Of a DNA stretch of 64,000 nucleotides, positions 57,019-64,000 are shown one piece after another. The notes under the pieces are model-generated. The model had not been told where the DNA came from, ran no database searches, and was given only the letters and a program-made list of their open reading frames with translations. Position 1 is the stretch's first letter. Each line of letters starts with the position of its first letter. The DNA comes from an uncultured virus (IMG/VR IMGVR_UViG_3300030019_000031) (Duplodnaviria; Heunggongvirae; Uroviricota; Caudoviricetes). The stretch lies in IMG/VR virus record IMGVR_UViG_3300030019_000031; one strand, written 5' to 3'. The position numbers and the translations under genes are program-made.

Positions 57019-58370
57019 TGGATCCTTTAATCTTTTCCGAAGCAGAAGCGCATGAGCGTTTCAATTTTCACATGTTCTATGAAAACACCTTCGTCACTAT
57101 GAAAAAGAACACTCCGCATTTCATTAGTGGATTAGACGCAGATATGCTCTTCTCTATATTCAAAACGCGTTATCCTAACACAGAGTTATCAGCAGATATC
57201 ATTCGGCATATTCTAGTATTCGGTGGCTACATGGATAATAGCGAAGGACGAGTCTATTGTGCCATAAGAAAAGAGACCTTCAGTGCTTGGCCAAAAGAAA
57301 CTCAGAAGTATATTCTGAACTATGCTGACTACGCAAACACATTCGACTTTCGTCAGATGATGATAGAGGATGCGGGGCTTGTTTCTCCTTTTGGCGATAT
57401 CGTCGATGAGGGCGTAAAGCTATTCATGTGGAATCAACTATACTGGCGCAATTTCAAATACTATCATGCAATGCCTATAAGGTTTCGTAAGGCACCACAA
57501 GGAGCCATCTATCGGCACTATCAATCATACTGTCTCAAGCGTGGATACAAACCAGCAACTCAAGCGCAACTGATTGATGCAATAGTCAAAAAAGGTGGTG
57601 TCAAGGCAAAAGGTTATTACAATGGTGTTGCCGGACTCAATGTATTCACTAATGTGTTCATTCCCTTTACACCAGAAGATAGCATTTGGAGCATCGAAGA
57701 AGGAGTAGCTGTTATTACTTTGGATGGTAAGCAAATCTTCAACGATGGTCGCCTCGTACAGAATTTCTCTGAAGACGGATTAACCGCCTATCTTAACAGC
57801 AGATTGGAGTTAAATCATGAACCGAGAACAACGCAGGAAGAAGAAATCAAAGTCTACACTGACACTGGGACAAAAACTAAAAGCCCAGCGCAGATTATCC
57901 CAAGAGGAAAGACAAAAAGCAAAGCAGCAACCAGTAACACAGACAATGATGGATGCGGTGAAGATGCCAATAGCGGGAGCATCCTTCCCGTCACAAGTAA
58001 TCAAGGAGATGAAATTCCCGTCAGAGTTGACACGTCCTCTATCAGAGAAAGTGAATGTGCCAGCGATACAGTTACAGACACAAGCACAGATGTATCAACT
58101 AGCTCAAGCGATGTCGACAATCATTGCGAAGAAGAACCAGATCTAATTGACGAAGCGGAATCTAACACTACTGGTACGGAAGATCCTGCTGGGATGCCTA
58201 CCGCAGATGAAATTGTAAAGCAGCTAGTGATGCTCTGTACCATGTTTCCTGCAAGCGTAGCCAAAAAAGATATCCAGACATATCTTATCTCTATGCAACA
58301 GGAATTTCCTGAAATAGGCGATGTACAGGATTACTGGGACTTATTACAAGTAGCCCTTAAGGAGCAGTAA
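57018..58370 (+). CDS. Hypothetical protein with a D5-like winged-helix segment and acidic linker
   Basis: IYRHYQSYCLKRGYKP...NG.AG...F resembles the primase C-terminus. Confidence 0.65.
   Translation: MDPLIFSEAEAHERFNFHMFYENTFVTMKKNTPHFISGLDADMLFSIFKTRYPNTELSADIIRHILVFGGYMDNSEGRVYCAIRKETFSAWPKETQKYILNYADYANTFDFRQMMIEDAGLVSPFGDIVDEGVKLFMWNQLYWRNFKYYHAMPIRFRKAPQGAIYRHYQSYCLKRGYKPATQAQLIDAIVKKGGVKAKGYYNGVAGLNVFTNVFIPFTPEDSIWSIEEGVAVITLDGKQIFNDGRLVQNFSEDGLTAYLNSRLELNHEPRTTQEEEIKVYTDTGTKTKSPAQIIPRGKTKSKAATSNTDNDGCGEDANSGSILPVTSNQGDEIPVRVDTSSIRESECASDTVTDTSTDVSTSSSDVDNHCEEEPDLIDEAESNTTGTEDPAGMPTADEIVKQLVMLCTMFPASVAKKDIQTYLISMQQEFPEIGDVQDYWDLLQVALKEQ
57817..58146 (+). CDS. Possible nested gene, basic protein (MNREQRR...)
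   Basis: GGAG 7 nt before ATG; different frame inside 57018-58370. Confidence 0.5.
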   Translation: MNREQRRKKKSKSTLTLGQKLKAQRRLSQEERQKAKQQPVTQTMMDAVKMPIAGASFPSQVIKEMKFPSELTRPLSEKVNVPAIQLQTQAQMYQLAQAMSTIIAKKNQI

Positions 58371-58371
58371 T

Positions 58372-58647
58372 ATGAACAGAATAAGTAAAGTACAATCCCG
58401 TGGCGAAGTATCTAAAAAATACTTCGCCACTTCTGCTAATACGTGGAAAGTGGAACTATATTGTTACGGACATCTCCTAGAGACATATGACAATCTTACA
58501 TTCGAAGAGTGTAAACAACGTTATATGTTAGAGGAGCAAAATAGCAACCAGGCAGTTGTGATATATTGTAACACTCAACGATTAACCATTAATGAAAAAT
58601 GGAAACTCTTCTGGGAGAGGCCAAAGTTCAACACCTCTATTTATTAG
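58372..58647 (+). CDS. Hypothetical protein
   Basis: AAGGAG RBS. Confidence 0.65.
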   Translation: MNRISKVQSRGEVSKKYFATSANTWKVELYCYGHLLETYDNLTFEECKQRYMLEEQNSNQAVVIYCNTQRLTINEKWKLFWERPKFNTSIY

Positions 58648-58674
58648 GTATTGGATCTAAAATGCAATATCTGC

Positions 58675-58703
58675 TTGCTATCTTTTCGTTTTTGCTATAT
58701 AAT
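58675..58703 (+). promoter_or_regulatory. SigA-type promoter
   Basis: TTGCTA-N17-TATAAT. Confidence 0.65.
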
Positions 58704-58741
58704 TATATTATAAAATAATTCAATAGTAAGGATGGTGCATT

Positions 58742-58876
58742 ATGACCGCAAAAAATCAGCGTGACTGGGTCTCAAAGGCTTATTCATCAGTAAGTTGGAA
58801 AGCTAAGGTAAAAAATATGACGGATGCTCAAGTAACCGCCGTTTATCTTTCATTTCAACGTCGCGGAAAAGTTTAA
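58742..58876 (+). CDS. Small hypothetical protein (44 aa)
   Basis: W..KVKNM.DAQV.AVY pattern seen in small phage proteins; below cutoff. Confidence 0.6.
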   Translation: MTAKNQRDWVSKAYSSVSWKAKVKNMTDAQVTAVYLSFQRRGKV

Positions 58877-58887
58877 GGAGGGAATAA

Positions 58888-59040
58888 ATGAAAAAAGCAG
58901 ACTTTTGTAAAAAGTGCGCAATACATCTTGGAAAATCACAGTTTAACAAATTCGCATGTACCACTTGCAAAAGACTAAAAAATGTCTATCATCCGAGTAT
59001 GTTTATTAAAGCAGATAAGAAAAGTTTAGGAGGGGAGTAA
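58888..59040 (+). CDS. Small CxxC protein (50 aa)
   Basis: AAGGAGG RBS; below cutoff. Confidence 0.55.
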   Translation: MKKADFCKKCAIHLGKSQFNKFACTTCKRLKNVYHPSMFIKADKKSLGGE

Positions 59041-59041
59041 A

Positions 59042-59224
59042 ATGGCAAGACTTATTCCTAGAAAAATTATTAACGGCAAAGTGTATAAGATGTGTTCAAA
59101 GTGTCACAAATACATACCCGAAACAGAATTCAATCGCGAAACCAAACGTGGCGACAGAATTCAAGGGTACTGCAGAGATTGTCAATCAGAGTATCTAGCG
59201 ACTCATTATAAGGAGGATAAGTAA
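59042..59224 (+). CDS. Small Zn-finger protein resembling the HNH N-terminal domain
   Basis: KMCSKC...FNR...CRDCQ. Confidence 0.65.
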   Translation: MARLIPRKIINGKVYKMCSKCHKYIPETEFNRETKRGDRIQGYCRDCQSEYLATHYKEDK

Positions 59225-60685
59225 ATGGCTAAACGTCCAGGAGATGTCTCTTACAACGGTTGGTGTGTATATCAATTTGAAGACTATTATACAGAACCAA
59301 ATAGTGCATGTCAAGAATGCGGGTTCCATAAATGGGGAGTATGTGCAGAAAAGTTTCTCCCCTATAACACCAAAACTAACAATCGTGGCTCAGCGCCGCA
59401 ATGTCTTGTACACGCATTTATGGCAAGATATTCACTCAAGTGCGGGGATAAGTTTCTCATCAAGAACTTGGATAACGGTATTATCTTAGGCGGCGTCAGT
59501 GGAAGTAATACTTCTCCACAATGGTATTACTTCGACAAGGATTGCAAATTGCATCACACAGCCAATGTGCATGGTGGAGAATCTTCTTCAGTAATGTGGA
59601 AACTCTTAGCCGGTCAATATGCTTTAATTAGCAGAGAAGCACCAACAGCTGTAATTCAAACTTGCATCAGACATACCGAAGAACTCTTACCATGGGAAGA
59701 GACAGGTAAAGGATGGACAAGACAAACAGCCAATCAAATACTTTGCCTTGTTAATTATTCTTTCTTAGGGCGTAAACCTAAGAGCATAACTATTTTCCCA
59801 GGAACACATCTATATTGTCGGAATGAATCATGCAGCTTAACACAAGACAATTTCGATACCTATCTCTATATCCTTAGAGGGGAAAGATACAGCTGCGTTG
59901 TAGCAAATCCCTCAGCCATTACCGAATGTAATACGGGCACACCAAGAAAACAGGAGGATTCTCTAATGCAAAAACAAACAGTCGAAGTAAATGTTACCAT
60001 CAATACCCGGTTTGATAACAAGGAACTATGGATTACCAGAGGTAGATCTACTGTACGGTTCAAAGATATGACAACGGCTCATCTGCTTAATACCCTGCGT
60101 ATGTTTATCCTTTATCCGGAGCGTACAGAGGATATGCTCATCAGAGACATCGAAGCTGTCAACTCTGCAAGTCTTATCCCTAGAGAATGGCAAGGTATTG
60201 TCAAGCAGCACACGTGCGATGATCAACTCAGGATATTGCTCAATCAGATCACGACTTGGAATCGCAAAACATATGTGCTCTTTGCTCTACGCAGCGAGGT
60301 AGCAAGTAAGATGCGTAATGAGCTCTATAACAGAGGTATCAATGTTGCCGCATCAATCAATAACTTCTTCGATGAGGTACCTGCGCTTCGTGGTATGACA
60401 TATGCCAAAAATGTTAGTCGTACTAAGAATCCCGAATTCCGTACTGATTTCTTTTCAACATGGAATGTCATTACAATCTCAGCTCCTATGCCATTGTCAA
60501 TCACAGTGGCTTACGATCCGCTCAAAGTATCATTGCCCGAAGAAAATGCCACTGTTGTAGGACGCAATGTAGTTGGCGAATCTTTCAGTTTTGATACCCC
60601 CCCTTCTATTGGGATGCGCCGCCTCCTTAGTTGCAACTATGATTGCTCATGTGACAGATCATGTTCTGATTGCCCTCGCTTCTAA
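59225..60685 (+). CDS. Hypothetical multi-domain protein
   Basis: RBS; internal in-frame RBS and ATG at 59966. Confidence 0.65.
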   Translation: MAKRPGDVSYNGWCVYQFEDYYTEPNSACQECGFHKWGVCAEKFLPYNTKTNNRGSAPQCLVHAFMARYSLKCGDKFLIKNLDNGIILGGVSGSNTSPQWYYFDKDCKLHHTANVHGGESSSVMWKLLAGQYALISREAPTAVIQTCIRHTEELLPWEETGKGWTRQTANQILCLVNYSFLGRKPKSITIFPGTHLYCRNESCSLTQDNFDTYLYILRGERYSCVVANPSAITECNTGTPRKQEDSLMQKQTVEVNVTINTRFDNKELWITRGRSTVRFKDMTTAHLLNTLRMFILYPERTEDMLIRDIEAVNSASLIPREWQGIVKQHTCDDQLRILLNQITTWNRKTYVLFALRSEVASKMRNELYNRGINVAASINNFFDEVPALRGMTYAKNVSRTKNPEFRTDFFSTWNVITISAPMPLSITVAYDPLKVSLPEENATVVGRNVVGESFSFDTPPSIGMRRLLSCNYDCSCDRSCSDCPRF

Positions 60686-60721
60686 AATCCAAATATACAC
60701 ATTTGAAAGGAACTAAATATT

Positions 60722-61267
60722 ATGTATAACACAAACACCATGAGAGAAGAAAAAGACCGCTATCTTGATCCATCCCTGCATAACTTTGAAAATAGGCGCA
60801 ATCTTCGCCAAAATATCCACAACATCGATGCCGAGGGTAAAAATGTTATTGCCCTTGTCAAAATCAGGCAGATTCAAAAACAATGCCTCGAAGGGAACAT
60901 GGATCCCACAATGAGCATGACACTCAGGATTGCTGGCATTAATGTAGCTGTTGTGGTTCCTTCTGAAACGCTCACCGAAGTCATGTCTGTTATTGAGCGG
61001 AATGTGCAGAAAACGCTCGATGGAGTTCTTTCTCAGCCAATAAACATTCCACCGCAAATGCATTATGAAGAAGTACATCACGATCCGCATCCAACGGAAA
61101 AATATGATGTGTCTGATTTTGCCCCATCAGAGGAGGCAATAGTAGAACAAGATACCTCATCCTCTGTACGTGCGATGACGGCAGAAGAGATAGCAGAACA
61201 AGAAGTTACAGAACACTATGGCTATAAGCTATCAGGTGTTTCTACGCCAAGAGATTCGAGGTATTAA
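60722..61267 (+). CDS. Hypothetical protein
   Basis: AAAGGA RBS. Confidence 0.65.
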   Translation: MYNTNTMREEKDRYLDPSLHNFENRRNLRQNIHNIDAEGKNVIALVKIRQIQKQCLEGNMDPTMSMTLRIAGINVAVVVPSETLTEVMSVIERNVQKTLDGVLSQPINIPPQMHYEEVHHDPHPTEKYDVSDFAPSEEAIVEQDTSSSVRAMTAEEIAEQEVTEHYGYKLSGVSTPRDSRY

Positions 61268-61268
61268 G

Positions 61269-61487
61269 ATGCTAAGGATTGGCTTTGAAGTACCACAGTG
61301 GACACATAATAGACCAATAGAAGAGTACACAGATGAAGAACTATTGGAATATTGGTATAAATTACGTCTTGGTTCTGCTACTTCTGGTGAAAAAGGCGCT
61401 GTGGATGAAAGATCCAGTAGCACAGCATTTCTTGTCGTTGACATGCAAGAGGAAATGCTCAAGCGGATGAGGGAGGGAAAGAAATGA
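61269..61487 (+). CDS. Hypothetical protein
   Basis: GAGGT RBS; coupled. Confidence 0.55.
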   Translation: MLRIGFEVPQWTHNRPIEEYTDEELLEYWYKLRLGSATSGEKGAVDERSSSTAFLVVDMQEEMLKRMREGKK

Positions 61488-61735
61488 CAATTCTCTTTCG
61501 CAATAGCTCAGCATTACTCAGTTGCATGGAATGCGACAATGTGTGGATCAGCACAGCAAACTCGAAGATAGTCATTTATGGTAGCACTATTAGTGACAGT
61601 GATAGTTCAATGCAACTAAAGACATGTACTACGATTGACGAAGCGGAACAATATGTGCGCGGCATCTATAACGGAGATACAGACTTATCATGGAATCATA
61701 AACCGAGAGGTGTAAATGATGAAAGCAAATTATAA
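61484..61735 (+). CDS. Hypothetical protein
   Basis: GGGAGG RBS. Confidence 0.55.
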   Translation: MTILFRNSSALLSCMECDNVWISTANSKIVIYGSTISDSDSSMQLKTCTTIDEAEQYVRGIYNGDTDLSWNHKPRGVNDESKL

Positions 61736-61913
61736 CGGCAGATACGGATGCAATGCTCCAAAGAATCATCAACCTCACACAAAGAAAGGTACAATAGGTG
61801 ATATGCAATTGATACAAAGTCTAGCGCTACTGCAAACAATCAATCATATGGGTGCTGTACGCAGATTGAAAGTACCTGAGCTAACAGTATCACAATCTAA
61901 TACAGAAGGATAA
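61716..61913 (+). CDS. Hypothetical protein
   Basis: GAGGTG RBS. Confidence 0.5.
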   Translation: MMKANYNGRYGCNAPKNHQPHTKKGTIGDMQLIQSLALLQTINHMGAVRRLKVPELTVSQSNTEG

Positions 61914-61935
61914 GCATTCGTACCAGTGTAATAAC

Positions 61936-61970
61936 AAGCGTAGCTGTACCTAACGGTTACGCTTATTTTT
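61936..61970 (+). terminator. Intrinsic terminator
   Basis: AAGCGTAGCTGT...ACGGTTACGCTT followed by ATTTTT. Confidence 0.7.
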
Positions 61971-62256
61971 ATGCCCTAACATCATGGTACGTAAAGACGA
62001 TGCCGCGCGTGTAAACCCATATGCGAAGCAGACGAAACAGTTTCAACTGACTAACCTTGAGAGGAGGTCAGGGCAGCGAACTTCTGCCTATCTCCAAATG
62101 CCTTTATGTTGTGAACTCTTAGTCTGTTGTGCAAGTGGCTCCAACTTATGTTCTCGGTGTTATAAATTCATATAAAATGGAGCATAATATAATAGAGCAT
62201 AAAATCTACTATAAACCAATTTACCGTAGGTTAAATTACATGCTCTGGAGGTTATT

Positions 62257-62727
62257 ATGCCAAGACACGGAGGCAAACACATTGTCCTAGTTAGAGGCGC
62301 CGAGGAAGCAATGCGTGCGTTCAAGATGGAAATTGCAGGCGACTTAGGTTTAGCGAGTAAGTTAGGTGAAGGCGACGAAGCCTTTAGAAACTTCTCAACT
62401 GTCGAAGTAGGAACTATAGGCGGCGAGATGGTTCGTAGACTTCAAGCACTCGGAGAATACACCGTAAAGACAAGATACGACAATCACGAGCAGCGTTTAT
62501 TACCTGACAACATGATGCCTGCTTCAAGCTCATTGAGAGACGTCAGCAATAACGGAAACGTTCAACACAATGGTACGCTAGGCGGAAGCGAGACTCCTAA
62601 TAATCACTCTATCACAGAGAATCACTCTATCACAGAGATGAACGCTCAAGCTAACACAAGTAACATGCCGAATAGTAATGCCGTCGACAGCAAAGCTAAC
62701 ACACAGCAGTTTAACTTAGCTAAGTAG
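62257..62727 (+). CDS. Alpha/beta-type small acid-soluble spore protein homologue with Asn-rich extension
   Basis: LVRGAEEAMRAFKMEIAGDLG and VGTIGGEMVRRL match the two SASP helices. Confidence 0.8.
   Translation: MPRHGGKHIVLVRGAEEAMRAFKMEIAGDLGLASKLGEGDEAFRNFSTVEVGTIGGEMVRRLQALGEYTVKTRYDNHEQRLLPDNMMPASSSLRDVSNNGNVQHNGTLGGSETPNNHSITENHSITEMNAQANTSNMPNSNAVDSKANTQQFNLAK
62602..62637 (+). repeat. 18-bp tandem duplication (NHSITE x2)
   Basis: AATCACTCTATCACAGAG x2. Confidence 0.9.
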
Positions 62728-62738
62728 TTTAGAAACGG

Positions 62739-62793
62739 AAAGGCTCTTCTCGCGGTGACTTATCGTTATCGTTATCGTTGAGAAGAGCCTTTT
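62739..62793 (+). terminator. Terminator after the SASP gene
   Basis: AAAGGCTCTTCTC...GAGAAGAGCCTTTT. Confidence 0.75.
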
Positions 62794-63286
62794 ATCTACA
62801 TAAAGAGTGTGTTACAGTTTAATCGACTAAAACATCCTAGTTTCCTGGAGTAAACTGATAATAGTATGTAAAGTAGCTAAGAGGTTGGAAGAAAATTACA
62901 GGTTTCTTGAGTTAAAAGACTCGGGTTTTTATTTTATTTTGCACATCTGCACGACACTATCCCTAGCTAAATCCCTATGGAGAGAGGCTAGGAGAGAGAC
63001 GAATTTAGCTTAGAAAATCACATGTCTCTTAGAGTTCGTGTTATTGTGGTAGGGAAATAGTGCATATTTATTCAACTTAACTGTATATAGAATATTCTTG
63101 TATTCCTAGACATAGGGTATACTCATAACCACGGAAGGGAGGATAGGATAAATAGGTTTCTATATGTGGCTATAAAGATAGGAGATAATGAAGGAGATAA
63201 AAATAATAGGAGACAATAGACTAGGTCGAAAAATATATTTATTTATTATATATATATAAAACAACTTCTGCCCTTCTGCCCGATTG

Positions 63287-63441
63287 CCCTACCACTCCTA
63301 CACGAAACATAAGAGAAGCACGCGGAGCCACAGATAATACTGGCATCTCTCCGCCGGATACACTAGGGCTCTCCGGATTTTCACTGCCCGAGCAAATCCC
63401 TACCACTCAAACACGAAATCTAAGAGAAGCACGGGGAGACA
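63287..63441 (+). repeat. 44-bp imperfect direct repeat (iteron-like)
   Basis: CCCTACCACTC..ACACGAAA..TAAGAGAAGCACG.GGAG.CA at 63287 and 63398. Confidence 0.8.
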
Positions 63442-63646
63442 ATGCCTAGGGATTTCGTGTCTCCAAATAGACTAGGACGCGTATTTATTCGTGTCAATTA
63501 AAGTTTAAAAGACCCCATAAAACCCGTGAATTTCGCCTCTCTCCAAGGCACCTTTCGCTCAAGGCACATTTTGAGTCAATTCGACACACTGACGTCTGCC
63601 TTCGGGGAATACTAAGCGACATTATGGTCCGTGCCGTCAAATTAGC

Positions 63647-63748
63647 GATCGTTTTATAGGGCAACCTAATTGCAAGACATAATTTGCAAGAGAGTAACAC
63701 ACTGACGGAAACAGGGCGACGGTCCAATCGATGATCGTTTTATAGGGC
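63647..63748 (+). repeat. GATCGTTTTATAGGGC x2 (also at 1783; core at 760 and 1832)
   Basis: Exact 16-mers at 63647, 63733 and 1783. Confidence 0.85.
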
Positions 63749-63877
63749 AGCCTTTAAAGAAGTTAACTCTTCAATCTACTGGTAGGCAGAGATGGGCCCG
63801 CGTTCTCGGTGGCGGGTAGCCCTCGTGGGCATTGCTAGGTAAAAGAATAGCCTGAACTATTGTCCAGGCCTATCTTG

Positions 63878-64000
63878 TTAGATGTTAAACATGCGCTTAG
63901 CCTTTAAGGACGGGACGCTGATTACCTTGTGTCCACATGATCTCCACGCGACTGCCTGTTTGATTACACAAATCATATCGTCCCCTACCATCATGACCCC
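63878..64000 (-). CDS. 3' part of a gene entering from the window end
   Basis: Open frame from 64000 to TAA at 63878, followed by a hairpin at 63847-63873. Confidence 0.5.
   Translation of the reverse strand, partial: GVMMVGDDMICVIKQAVAWRSCGHKVISVPSLKAKRMFNI

Overview
The window is essentially a whole genome of a tailed (siphovirus-like) phage, most likely infecting an endospore-forming Firmicute (Clostridia-like). A gene leaving the window at position 1 has an in-frame continuation at 64000, and one repeat motif occurs at both ends, so the genome is probably circular or circularly permuted. Layout: (i) 1-4400 and 62730-64000, a terminal/early region with three paralogous double-HTH genes, repeat arrays and odd base composition; (ii) 4456-27254 (+), packaging, head, tail and lysis genes; (iii) 27413-52027 (-), DNA metabolism: class II RNR, UDG-PolA, a 7-deazaguanine cluster (TGT/DpdA-like, queC, folE, queE, queD, yhhQ, MazG-kinase fusion), SSB, a ~1.2 kb structured RNA region with three aberrant tRNA-like elements, Sak4, exonuclease, SNF2 helicase, thyX, a sigma factor fused to a RuvC-like domain, and an HNH gene; (iv) 52340-62727 (+), ligase, primase-helicase, small genes and an alpha/beta SASP homologue. 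I recognise no integrase, repressor, CRISPR array or reverse transcriptase. The best candidates for new biology are the tRNA-mimic-punctuated ncRNA region, the sigma-RuvC fusion with a ~10-copy phage promoter, a possibly nucleotide-level 7-deazaguanine substitution pathway, the HTH-paralogue terminal module, and a sporulation-adaptation pair (sigma plus SASP). All calls come from reading motifs by eye; no database searches or folding programs were run.
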